From the NCBI GenBank assembly GCA_951406725.2, contig OX597816.1:134044001-134108000 (forward strand): 64,000 nucleotides of DNA. Reading direction: 5' to 3'. Origin of the DNA: Octopus vulgaris (Eukaryota). Both the position numbers and the translations under genes were made by a program. The notes under the pieces are model-generated. The model did not search any database. It was not told the origin of the DNA and worked only from the letters and a program-made list of their open reading frames with translations. Below, piece after piece: positions 25,335 through 37,859 of this stretch. Every line of letters begins with the position of its first letter. Position 1 is the first letter of the stretch.

Positions 25335-25900
25335 GCGTTTCTAGTTTTCTCTACAACCATTCCCTTTTTTCTCTCCCTTCCTCTTGCTCCTCCTCCTCCT
25401 TCTCGTCGTTGACCCGCGACGAGAGCTCTGCTACTGTCTTTCTGACCTGGCTTCCTTCAAGTGTAGACGGCATTTTCTGTTGCTCCTTCGCCGTTCTCAA
25501 AAATAGCGTTCGTAATACTTTAACTCGTTCGGCTTAACAGCCCTTCTTGTCTTGTTATTCTCATTGTCCTGTCTTTTACTGTTTATATTTTGTACTGCCG
25601 TTACTGTCCTGTTTTTGTTACCATTTTTACCCCTCCGCAAAAAGATCTCAAATTTTATTTAATTTGCTTTTCGCGGGAAGGAAAGTTTCTATCGAAGATG
25701 CGTATCGCCTTCACCTTCGAAATGCAGAGTAGATGAAACCATGGCGACTGAAGAAGGGGAATTTTCCTTGTGTTATTTGTCCTGTACTCTATTTTTTCGT
25801 TGTTTAAGAAAAATGTCCAGTTCCTTGGTTTTGTGTTTGTTTTCGTTTCTCATTGTGTTCGACGTTTTTTTGGTGTCCTGTACCCATATATGCATGTATA
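25335..25900 (+). mobile_element. Pyrimidine-rich element between (TA)n tracts, possible Penelope-like tail
   Basis: T-rich 3' end running into TA repeats, like the other tail elements. Degenerate TCGAAGA...CTTC-GAAA-TGCA motif at ~25692-25726. Confidence 0.35.
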
Positions 25901-25967
25901 TATATACATGTAGAGGTAGGTACGTACATATATGTATGTATATATACATTTGTTTTATTTATTAATT

Positions 25968-26014
<47 letters not shown>

Positions 26015-26017
<3 letters not shown>

Positions 26018-26300
26018 TATTATAAAAGGCAGATTTTATCTGCCTCCCTTTGGGAGTTATACAAATCTACAATATAGGATTTCTTCAATTACAAGAAATC
26101 CTATATTCTTGTATTCTTGTCATGCCAGGTCCAGTTTTTAAAATTTAAACTCCAATTAAGCAAAATTTACAGAAAACTCACATTCTGGTGTGTGTGTCAA
26201 ATGCTTTTCTTAGTCTGGTTTACAGCACACGCAAACGCACACACACAGTGGGCAACGAATAAAATGAAAGTAATTGACTTACTGTAGTGAGTGATTCTTT
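26015..26300 (+). mobile_element. Non-autonomous Helitron 5' portion (family H2)
   Basis: A|TCTTATTATAAAAGGCAG start. Nearly identical to 28289-28560. 3' end not identified. Confidence 0.65.
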
Positions 26301-26516
26301 CACTCTGCCTCCCACTTCCTCTTTCCACACATAGATACGCAAATATATAAATAAAATTGTAAGCTAACGTGCGTGTGTGTGAGTGGGTGTGTGTGGGTGT
26401 GCGCGTGTGTGTGTGTGTGAGGGTGCGTGTGTGTGTGTGTGTGTGTGCGTGTGCGTGAGTGTGTGACAGGAAAGTTTTTTACGACGAATATAACACCTAT
26501 ATCCAAGTAGCAGAAA

Positions 26517-27103
26517 GATAAGACAGTAAGGTGTGATTTGAGGGAGATTTGGCTGCTATTTCTACCATGTCTAGCTGCCATGTAGGGGTCTCCCTCATAG
26601 GCTCATACATACATATATACATAGATAAGACAGTAAGGTGTGATTTGGGGGAAATTTGGCTGCTATTTCTACCAGGTCTAGCTGCCATGTAGGGGTCTCC
26701 CTCATAGGCTCATACATACATATATACATAGATAAGACAGTAAGGTGTGATTTGGGGGAAATTTGGCTGCTATTTCTACCAGGTCTAGCTGCCATGTAGG
26801 GGTCTCCCTCATAGGCTCATACATACATATATACATAGATAAGACAGTAAGGTGTGATTTGGGGGAAATTTGGCTGCTATTTCTACCAGGTCTAGCTGCC
26901 ATGTAGGGGTCTCCCTCATAGGCTCATACATATATATATACATAGATAAGACAGTAAGGTGTGATTTGGGGGAAATTTGGCTGCTATTTCTACCAGGTCT
27001 AGCTACCATGTAGAGGTCCCCCTCATTGGCTCATATATATATACATACATAAGACAGTAAGGTGTGATTTGAGGGAGATTTGGCTGCTGTTTCTACCAGG
27101 TCT
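26517..27103 (+). repeat. 107-bp minisatellite, ~5.5 copies
   Basis: GATAAGACAGTAAGGTGTGATTTG... starts at 26517, 26624, 26731, 26838, 26945 and ~27049. Confidence 0.95.
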
Positions 27104-27424
27104 GTTAGGCCTTCTCATGTAAACTCAAGCTTTCTCATGCCTTGAACATAAGACCAAAGCAGAGAATGTATTCTTTTATTCTTCTGCTTTTTCCAGCCAT
27201 TGGTCTGTGGCCATGCTGGGGCAATGCCTTGAAGAATTGTAATTTAATGAATCAACTCGTTTTATTTTTGTAAGCATTGTACTTATTCTATCTGTTTCCT
27301 TTGTCAAACCACTAGGTGACAGGGATGTAAACAAACCAACATTCGTTGTCAAGCAGTGGTGGAGGACAATCACAAGCACAGACACGCACACACACACACA
27401 TACATGCATACACATATACACACA

Positions 27425-27460
<36 letters not shown>

Positions 27461-27476
27461 TGTGTGTATATATATA

Positions 27477-27790
27477 TTGCAGCGTGGAAGGTGTTTGTAA
27501 GCCATTTAAGAAACACACAAAAACCGTTACATTCACTTCAACATTTAAATTTAATTTGCCAAAATATTTTCGTCGCTTTGAGACCGCGACCTGTTCACTG
27601 ACAAAAATATCGTGCTAACAGGTGGCGGTCTCAAAGCGATGAAAATATTTTGACAAATTAAATTTAAATGTTGAAGTGAATGTAACGGTTTTTGTGTGTT
27701 TCTTAAATGGCTTATAAACACCTTCAACGCTGCAACTGTTTTCGTTCCAGCACACGATCTCAGATCAAGTCACTTGCTATGCAAGTACAT
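27477..27790. mobile_element. Fold-back element (119-bp inverted arms plus one-sided ~55-bp extension) between (TA)n tracts
   Basis: Arms at 27477-27595 and 27617-27735, few mismatches. Hammerhead-like motif at the apex. Confidence 0.85.
27555..27605 (-). ncRNA. Putative minimal hammerhead ribozyme, G3-C8 core variant
   Basis: TTTGTCA-GTGAACA-G-GTCGC-GGTCTCAAA-GCGAC-GAAA-ATAT-T-T-TGGCAAA: 7-bp stem I, 5-bp stem II, palindrome AAAATATTTT. Confidence 0.62.
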
Positions 27791-27893
27791 CTCTGTAACT
27801 ATATATATATTTATATATATATATGTATATTGGTAAAAACAGTAAGATAACAAAAGAAAGAAAGAGACCTCAATATTATGTAAATAGAGGAAA

Positions 27894-28288
27894 TCTTTAT
27901 ATATAAAAGTGAGGTTGTGTGTCTGTCTCCTACGATTTAGATTCCTAACTACTCCCACATTTTGCGGTGCAGTTTAACCAAAACCGGGTATCTTATAGTC
28001 GTGATTCATATCGAGACCGTCTGGGTATTAGCGCGCGTCTACGATGAGTCTACGATTTAAAAAAAAATTTACCATCAATTTTTCCCATTGTTAATCCATT
28101 TTTGACATATATAAGGGAAGTAACTCTCTAAAATTTATTATTAAATCTCAGAACGTAAAAAGCTACAGTAACACCCCTCCCCCTTTGTGGTTAGCCATAT
28201 TGAGATGGCTATTATACTTTACATCTCTAAAAATGCTTATATAATTATTTCCCTTACAAACCCGAGCAACGCCGGGCGATACTGCTAG
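27894..28288 (+). mobile_element. Complete non-autonomous Helitron (family H1)
   Basis: A|TCTTTATATATAAAAG 5' end; 3' hairpin CCCGAGCAACGCCGGG followed by CTAG|T; no TSD. Confidence 0.88.
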
Positions 28289-28560
28289 TCTTATTATAAA
28301 AGGCAGATTTTATCTGCCTCCCTTTGTATCTTATAGAAATCTACAATATAGGATTTCTTCAATTACAATTTACCTAGCATTTTTAAGAGTAGAATGCATC
28401 GGGTCATGCCAGGTCCAGTTTTTAAAATTTAAACTCCAATTAAGCAAAATTTACAGAAAACTCACACTCTGGTGTGTATGTCAAATGCTTTTCTTAGTCT
28501 GGTTTACAGCACACGCAAACGCACACACACAGTGTGCTACGAATAAAGTGAAAGTAATTC
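28289..28560 (+). mobile_element. Non-autonomous Helitron 5' portion (family H2), second copy
   Basis: TCTTATTATAAAAGGCAG start immediately after the CTAG of H1. Matches 26015-26280. Confidence 0.65.
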
Positions 28561-28860
28561 AGTGTGTTGACAGGTAGACAATAGAATGCGATGACGATGG
28601 CGATGTAATATTTGTTTCTGTCTATGACGCTGATAGATACATGAGTAAAATGTATGGGAAGCTAACAGATAAGAGTGAGTGAAAATGTTCTTGGAAGAGA
28701 GTAAATAGCGAGAGAGAGTGATTTGAGGAAGACTTTACATTAAATAACCGTAGTGGCTTGTGTTAGTAATAAAGTAAACATACACTCATACATACATACA
28801 TACATACATACATACATACACATACACACACACACATACATACACACACACATACATACA

Positions 28861-28892
<32 letters not shown>

Positions 28893-28907
28893 CATACATA
28901 CATACAT

Positions 28908-28940
<33 letters not shown>

Positions 28941-29206
28941 TACACACACACACAGTATTGAAGCTTGAGAACAATCAGATACATTTGCAACACATCTGTT
29001 GAAAATATTATTGTTCACATACATACATATACATATATACATACATACATATACATATATACATACATACAGACAGACAGACAGATAGACACACACACAC
29101 ACACACACACACATGATCCAGCATGGCCACAACCTCAAGGCTGAAACATATAAAAGAATAACAGAATATAAATGTGTGCATGTGTGTGAGAGAGAGAGTG
29201 TGTGTG

Positions 29207-29238
<32 letters not shown>

Positions 29239-29274
29239 TGTATGTATGTATGTATGTATGTATGTATGTATGTA

Positions 29275-29662
29275 TATAATAATGCGGTTTTTTCAACAGG
29301 TTGAACTAAAAGTCAGAGGGGAATGGGATAAACTACTTATATTAACTTGCTAAAAAAGCAGGTAGTAATTTTATCTTGTCCTTATTCATAGTGCAAGTTT
29401 TGAAGAGTGCATTTCGATTTTAACAGCTATTTTTTTCAAAGCTATGTTGGAAGTAACAAAGGAGCATATTTGGCATATTTTGCTTTATGAGTTCAATAAA
29501 GACAACAACGCAACGGAAAGTACAAGAAATATTAATGCAGTATATGGGGATTGGACAATAAGCGTAAGGCAGTGTCAATGGTGGTTCCAGAAATTCCGAG
29601 CCATAAACTACAGCCTAGAAGACGAGCCTCATCCTGAAAGATCTGTAGAACTCGACAAGGAC
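29275..29662 (+). mobile_element. Mariner transposase 5' fragment (N-terminal HTH)
   Basis: EVTKEHIWHILLYEFNKDNNATESTRNINAVYG...QCQWWFQKFR...SLEDEPH resembles the Mos1/Hsmar1 N-terminus. Confidence 0.85.
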
Positions 29663-29723
29663 CATGTGGATGGTAAGCAAGCTACTTACCAAACAGCCAC
29701 TCTTGTGCCTACCACTCTTGTGC

Positions 29724-29785
<62 letters not shown>

Positions 29786-30426
29786 GAGAAATACTTCACA
29801 GCTGGAGATTTTATACTTTTATTAATGCATTGCAACATATTTTTCGGTATTACATGTATTTTTATGGGACCACCCCACCATATCCATAGTATATTATTAG
29901 ATATTGTTTATAATATCCATTGACCCTATGGGAGCCTATTAATTCGACATGCTTCATCTGACAGTTTTTGTATTGGTTTACATTGGATTTCCTTGTTTAG
30001 ACTTCGGGATATTAATCATTCTACATCAATCTAAAAGCTCGTGAATTTTTACAAACTACTCGATAGATGGTTGTATTGATAGAGGCAAGAACTTTGAGAG
30101 GGATAGTTTTGTTCTATGCTTACATATCAATGCAGGTGGATATGGAATGAAGGAAAGAGAAAGAAAAAGAAAATAAAAGGAGATAAAATTGTGAGCTGTA
30201 GTCAGTCAATCATGCACAGACAGGAAGACAGGAAGAATAGGACTGGGGAATGCGGAGAAGAGAGAAAGAAACAGAAAAAGAGAAAAAGGACCCATGGATA
30301 TTATGAATAATATTTAATAATATCTTATGGATATGGTGAGGTGGTCCATAGAAATAATGTAATGCCAAAACGTACGTAACACTGTATTAATAAAAATATA
30401 AAATCTCCATCCGTGAAGTATTTCTC
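29786..30426. repeat. Diverged inverted repeat, ~140-bp arms with ~360-bp spacer
   Basis: GAGAAATACTTCACAGCTGGAGATTTTATA... (29786-29925) versus ...TATAAAATCTCCATCCGTGAAGTATTTCTC (30288-30426). Confidence 0.75.
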
Positions 30427-30593
30427 GTTATTGATATATTTATCCTATGCTACACGGAGTATCGCATACATAGCAATCCCATACTGTTAACTCCGCATGT
30501 TGGGAATAATATACGGAAGTCAGCAACAAGTAGCAAAGGAACTTTTATGAGCGCACTGGTAGGCATCTGCAATATGCAAAATACAAAAATACA

Positions 30594-30627
<34 letters not shown>

Positions 30628-30889
30628 AAAATTATAATTTAGGGTGTCTAAGAGATATCACCACGCTGAAAATAGCTGTCAAAACTTGACTCTAAAACTA
30701 CATTAAATGTTCATATAGCACCAGGTTTTAGAGTCAAGTTTTGACTACTATTTTCAGCGTGGTGGTATCTCTTAGATAACGTAAATTATAATTTTAAATA
30801 ATTATTACCTTTGAAAGGTTATTTTATCCCCGTGTTGGCCACTTGATAAGATCGATATTTAAGTATCAATCTTATCCTTATTTATATAA

Positions 30890-30890
<1 letters not shown>
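30628..30890. mobile_element. Fold-back element (~70-bp arms plus extension) between (TA)n tracts
   Basis: Arms at 30628-30699 and 30724-30795. The extension contains TTGATAA-GATCG and a second small hairpin. Confidence 0.7.
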
Positions 30891-30963
<73 letters not shown>

Positions 30964-31025
30964 AATTTTATGTATTGATTAAGTCTTTCCTTGTTTGGTT
31001 TTAAAATAGTGGTTTTGTCTCGAAT

Positions 31026-31092
<67 letters not shown>

Positions 31093-32686
31093 TGTGTGTA
31101 TGTGTGTTATATGACATGTGTCTGTGTTTGACAAGCCTTCATCCCCCTCACAACCACCACCACCACTGCTTGACAACCGGTGCCGTTTACGTCCGTTATT
31201 TATCGATTCGGCAAAAGAGACCAATAAAATAAGTACCAGTCTTTAAAACAAATAAATACTGGGGTCGATATATCCGACAAAAAGGATTTTTTAAGGCTGT
31301 GTCTTAGCATGACCGCAGTTTAATGGCTGAAACAAGTAAAAAACAATCTCATTACACAGTAGCAAACAAATATTTTTAGTGGTGGACATGAAAGCCGTAC
31401 TTACAGGAGATACTGAAAAAGTATCGCAGAAAACAGTTCTATATCTTGGTGGATAATAAACATCACTACGGGAATGACTATGAGATTTAATTGCCAAGTT
31501 AAAAGGGGCAAAGATAGTAGAGTGGAATTTGAAGGAGATTTGCTGGCTATGTTTTAGCAAGGTGAACGACCACAGAAACAAGCTTTGTCGTTGGATCATG
31601 AGGTTCAGTTTCACACTCAGGAGCATGAAGTACTCTGTCTTTGTGCTGACTTACTAAACTGCTCCTTAACAGTGCTATTGTATTGAAGTGTCGTTATTGT
31701 AACTTCTTTCTTCATGCGGTGTGTTTAGTCTACCCCCTCGTCACTTCGCTTATTTTATTTTCGACGTTGTCAATTCTGTCATGAACTTTTCCGAGAATAT
31801 TTAATATTTCCTAGTTCACGAGGAATGAAAGATAAAGCCACAATGGTCACAACAAAAACCTTAATGTCAGCTGAAAGAAAACCCTAAAATGTTTTGGGGT
31901 GGATTTCAATCATTCATTTTTCGTTGGTAGTTTGCAATAATAAGCAGGCTGAAGGAGACGATAAGAGTAACAGCACAACTATTTGAGTTTACATAATTTC
32001 TATCTACTCGCATATTTATCTGTGTACACATAATTGATTTAATGGGACAATATTCACAAGATTACGAATATAATAGCTATATATAATGTAATACATGCTA
32101 GATAATATTATGAAAGCAGTTCATAGTTATTGAAGACGAAATAAGTAGAAGGAACTAGAACTACTGTATGTAAGTAATATGTGCGTGATACGACATCACA
32201 GCTAACGCTCAGTATCTTTTTGTAGAACATAATACAAGTATATTTAGGTAAGAAAAAGTAGAAGAGGGTGAAAAACCAACTCACTGAGCAAGCGACATAG
32301 CTTCATGTGGCTTATTGGGTGGCTCTCGCCAGAGTTTGAATCTGCCAGCTTTTTATAACTGTAAGCAAAAGTTGCCAGAACCTTCGATTAGGCTATTTGG
32401 CAGGAAAACGCGTACATTTTCTTTCAAGCTCGCCTCATCAACTACAAGTTAGCCAATACTGATTGGCAGAGTCTTATTCACGTAGGTATTAATGCTTTTA
32501 TGGTGACATATTGCCATTTATGGCGGTATAGTAGGTCGTGGTCTTCAGCAGGAAAAAATCCGAGAGCGTTGGTTTCAAACTCATACAAACATGTATACGT
32601 ACATGCTCATACACACGCACAAGTATATGTGTATGTACGAACTCATATATACACATATATCCGCACACACACACATACACGCACAC

Positions 32687-32775
<89 letters not shown>

Positions 32776-32944
32776 TGTATGTATATGTGTACGCAACGTC
32801 ATCGTCGTATACACATTGGTGTTTACATGCATACACGTAAAATAATACATATATATTTATTTATACATATAAAAAATATACGTTATATATATACAGACAT
32901 AAATCCCCCACCCCCGCATACACACTCATACATATATATATGTT

Positions 32945-32995
<51 letters not shown>

Positions 32996-33000
<5 letters not shown>

Positions 33001-33168
33001 ATCCAAACAAAGAAGAACAAACACGAAAAAACAACACGAGGACGTGGTACAAGTACTGTGTTATCAGACACTCAGGAAAGGAAAGAAAGAGGATTTTACG
33101 TTTCGAGTAAAGCTCTTCTTCAGAAAAAGAGGAAAGTCCAAAAGAAGGGAAGACGGAGGAAGAAAAAT
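32996..33168 (-). mobile_element. Short Penelope-like tail element inserted in (TA)n
   Basis: ~170 bp flanked by TA repeats on both sides. Same architecture as 6930-7190. Contains a canonical hammerhead core. Confidence 0.7.
33094..33128 (-). ncRNA. Minimal hammerhead ribozyme motif with canonical CUGAAGA/GAAA/UH core
   Basis: TTT-CTGAAGA-A-GAG-CTTTA-CTC-GAAA-CG-T-A-AAA; palindrome ACGT; weak A-U stem I. Confidence 0.65.
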
Positions 33169-34392
33169 ATATATATATATACCCTCCCATCACACACCTA
33201 CACCCGCACATATACAAACATATGAATATCCGTATAAATGAAGGGGACGTGTGCATGATAGTTGCACATATGTATGTATGTGTGTGTGTGTGTGTATGTG
33301 TGTGTGTGTGTGATGGACGTAACAACGATCTTGACTATTTTAGACTCTGGAAAGCAATCCATCCGACGCTCTTACAATTTTATCATTTCATACACACGCA
33401 CATTTCTTTCTTTCTTTCTTTTCTCTCTCACTTCATTTCCCCCTCTCTCTCACTGACTTTCTATATCTCTGTTTGTCTGTCTGTCTCTGTCTCTGTCTCC
33501 TCCCTCTCTCTCTCTTTCAGCTAGCGGTTAGCTTTTTGTCTTCGCCTCAACAGAATAAATTAAGTTTCACAGACATTATATATACATTTTTTTTTCTATG
33601 TCTAGCCATTATCTCAATGCACACATTTGATTCTACAACATAAATTATTCTGTTGTCACGAACATCTATGCACATTATCCATTTGACTTTCAGAAACACG
33701 AAAATATGTTTTCTATCACACTTTTTATACAACAGAAATTATCTAACTGACTTATCTATGTACATACTTGCAAAACACTTTTATGCCAATTCTATCTTGT
33801 TTGACGTTATTTAAATGCTGTTTTGTTCTATTTTGAATTCTGTCCTATCACAAACCATGTTCTGTATAATTTTTACCAATAATATCTAAAGAGCACCTTC
33901 TTTATACAGCAGCTACCACAATCATTTGGAAGCAATCTCCCCTGACTATCTATTAAGTTTAATAATTGTTTCTACTCTAGGCACAAGGCCTGAAATTTTA
34001 TAGAAGGAGACAAGTTAATTACATCGACCCCCAGTGCTCGACTTACTTTCGGAAGAAATTCCCCTAAGCATTTCGTCCGGCGTGCTAACGATTCTGCAAG
34101 CTTGCCGCCTTTGTATCAATTGTAATAATCCTTTATACGCTAGACACAAGGTCTGGAATTTTGAAGCAGAGGAGTAACCGATTACTACATCGACCCCAGT
34201 GCTAAACTGGTACTTACAAAGTAGCTTTACTTGCAGTAAATCTCATTGCTGCGGACCTCATCGCTGCTGCAGATCAAGAGCAGAACTTGTAGTTCACATG
34301 TGAGCCTGCCAGAAATGAATGCTGATCAAGAAAAGTCAACGTCGACCTGCGACAGACGGCCGACGACGCCAACACACACACACACACGAACA

Positions 34393-34467
<75 letters not shown>

Positions 34468-34792
34468 ACACACACACACAAACACGATCTCACACACACA
34501 CACACACACACGAACACGAACACACACAAATAGTTTTTAACCCATTATTTATACGCTATTATTTATAGGTTATTTGCTTCGAGATCCACCATTCCACCCC
34601 CAAAAGAATTATTTCATGTTCTCTCGAAGTTTATAAAAGTTTTTGCGACGTTAACAATATCTAATTTAAAAACCCATGAACAGCAAAGAACTGGCAAGCA
34701 TTTGTATTCAACATGTCACAAAATAAAAAATAAAAAAACTATACAAGAGTGATTAGTGGCATCAACAACAAATCATCCTCTTGTTTGCACAT

Positions 34793-37208
34793 TAGGGTTA
34801 TGACATTTTCACAACCTAATAACTCTATACTGTAACTCGTTGAATAATTTCATAAAAATCAGGAAACTAACATTTATTTTGCTTTATTTAAAAAAAAAAA
34901 CCTCACCCCAACTTAAGAAATCGATCACCTCTTTTGACCCAAATCAGGCAAAATTCTTGGTTTGTTCATAACACCTGTTCAAGCTTTTACCAAACTTGTT
35001 GTGCTGGTTCAATGCAATGCAGAAACAGTATATCGGAAATTTTAGCTTTCTAGTTCAAGTAGTAGTCACTAGATGGCACTAGATTCACACTTCAGTATTT
35101 CCGCTGCCTAAATCCTTGTAAACACAAGAGAGATGTGGAATAAAAGTGTATTTATACAGTTTTAAGATTACTGAATTAAAATTGCTCTATAAAAAAAATT
35201 AAAACTAGGCTATTTTAAGACAGACGCCACTAAATAACTGTATAAGGAAAAGGGTGCTGAATGTTAGCAAATTTTTTAATATAACAAAGAATTAATATGT
35301 TTTGTTAGATAAAAGAAATCGAAGCTGAAGTTTCTCCTTCTTTTTACAAACATTATAAAGATCTTGAAGGCACTTGATTGTCCGTTCCGCAGTCTGATTT
35401 GTTCTGGGAATTTCCAGTTTTGATAGTTCTCGACCCCAAAAGTTTTTTTACAATGCTTTTTATGAACTGGTAGGCTACCACATAACTTCTGATAATCATG
35501 TGCATTGAACATTTGGTCAATAAACCAAAATTCTGCCCAGCTATAAGAGATGAATCGACAAACAGTGAGAAGCAAAACTCTTTTCTCTGGTATAAGAATA
35601 AATGCCAAAAGAGCTGCTAGTATTATTCAAGAATTCCATCTTGCATTACTTAAGTTGGGTAGTTTTTGAAACTTTACAGTAGGAAATTTGCCAGTTTCTT
35701 CAAAGAAACGAAAGCTCAGGTTAAATGAAATAGAAATTTTATGTCATCTCGCCATCCTGCTGATTCAGTAATATTTTCTTAACCATTGTTGAAATTAGCT
35801 TGGAGTTTCTCGTAATTTTTTAGAAGCTCTGGGATGAATGTATATTCAATATTGGAAGATGACTTTTTTTCTCCAAGTTCGTTATCCATTACAACACGAA
35901 GAACTCTATCACGGATATGATGCTGACAACCAATAAATTGCGGTTCTTTCAAGTCTTTTTGAGCAAACAGTCTTAGCAACTGAATGATAATGCCATTTCT
36001 TTTCCCAATGTTCACACTCGTATCAGCGACAATCATCTTTACACAGTTCCATAAATTGTATTCATCTAAAACAGTTGTTATTCCTTTCACAACAGTATCG
36101 GCTTTTCCGTTTGGCAATTTGAGTGCTTCTAACTTCTTTCTGTTCATTCTTTAAAACTAGCGCTTGGTATTCTTGGTCATCAATACGTTTACCATTAAAA
36201 TTCAATGACCAGTTTTTTAAATGTAGTGTTTTCTTCATTTTCTTTTTTAGTTTAACAGTTTCTTTGATAGTCGATCTGTAAATACCAGATTGGGAAGGAC
36301 TCTCTACATTGATTCCATCTTGAGATAATTGTCGACGAACTGTTGCTGCTTTTTAAGTTGATAGCTTAGAAGGTATTACTAACTTGGTTGCAGTTCCAGT
36401 TTTGCTATACTTCCTCCTTGTTTGTGTGGATTCTTCATCTGATTTTTTGGACTCTTGATATTCCCGTTCAGTCTCTGCTACTTTTGCTTCTACATTTTGA
36501 ATTGATAAACATGGGAAATTTAATTTCTTTTGCCATAAAAAAGTTACTTCTTTCAAAATTTCCATTGTTCTTTCCTTCCTTCCATTGATGGTACCTCCAA
36601 GGAATAGGTAGCGACCGACAATTTGAAGTTTTATTGGTATCGTGCAGTTGTTTTCCAAAGAATGCTCTTCTAGCGGAGCAGGTCTTCTAAATGAGTTTTG
36701 AAATTGCACGAGATTCTTCGTCCAGATTTTTTTGTTTCTTTGAGTGACACAAGCTCTTCTCTTATTAGACATTATTTTAAAAAAATAATGTTGGATAGGC
36801 CTACTATTCTGAAAGCCAGTTAATATAGTCAGCGTTTTTAGCGTCACAGAAACAAAAAGGAGAGGAAGAGCATATTTCCTAAAGTAGGGCCTAAGTGGTT
36901 ACAAATTAAAAACTCTATAACTCCTAAACTACTTAAACTTGAAAGCCGAAATTTGAGTTATACTGCTTCTGCATTGCATTAAGTTAGCACACCAAGTTTG
37001 ATAAAAACTTGAGCAGGCATTATGAATCCCTCCCCTAGAATTTTGCATGATTTGGGTCAAAAGTGGTGTTAGATTTCTTCAGTTGGGGTGACATTAAAAA
37101 AAATACAATGAAGATTATTTTTCCTAGCTATATAAAATTATTCGTCCACTTTTGATACAGGAAATTGTTTACTTCAAAAAAAAAAAAAATCAAAAAGTTT
37201 TAACCCTA
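34793..37208 (-). mobile_element. Full-length decayed hAT (hATm-like) DNA transposon
   Basis: Termini TAGGGTTA/TAACCCTA; imperfect 8-bp TSD TTGCACAT/ATTCACAT; subterminal inverted similarity (34900-34958 vs 37037-37092); transposase pieces WSLNFNGKRI, IVADTSVNIGKRNG, FIGCQHH. Confidence 0.8.
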
Positions 37209-37859
37209 ATTCACATGCCCTAAAATATTCTAGAAAGGCTAATCCTTGACATCACTAACCTTCCCGCTCCCTAATCACAATACGGATTCGATGACTTCAA
37301 CAAAAACGACAGCAAAAACATCCTTCCGCTCGTAACCACTCTAACCACATCTTACAACAGTAAACTTCCGATTTCATCCCCCACCAACTACTTATATAAA
37401 CGTACTTAACATTAGATTAGGAAACAACACGCTGGCAGGCAAAGAACACTGCCAGAAGTATAGTGCTTCCAGAACAACTTCCAAAACTTGCATTTCGTCT
37501 ACGGGGTTCATCACAAATCTGTCTTACCCATTCTTTCAGCCTATATCTATCTATACGAATTCTCTTCACTTCACCTAAAACAATATACAAACTCATACAT
37601 TAATATGATCATACTCACTAGGTTTTATCATTCTCCAGATAGTGATGTACAACTACTCTGAACCTACATGAACTACCTTAAAAACCTGGCTCCTGAACGA
37701 GTGAGTTAAAACTGCCTATCAAATCCTATATTTCACTTCTAATCAGCAGCATCTGAAAATATCAAATTCAGCCAGCCATCACACACTGTAGCATAAACAT
37801 GCCACACACATAAAAAACCTAAAATACGAGGAGGTACATTCAGAGCGCACAGTTTATGA

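Noticed and set aside
25748-25772. CTGAAGA followed by hairpin AGGGGAA/TTCCTT
   Set aside because: The GAAA half is absent after the hairpin, so it is not called as a ribozyme.
26517-27103. CRISPR-like regular repeats
   Set aside because: Whole units are repeated with no unique spacers; eukaryotic context; no cas genes.
37638-37706. Short exon-like segment (TTCTCCAG ... GTGAGT)
   Set aside because: Stops in all three frames and no supporting neighbouring exon.
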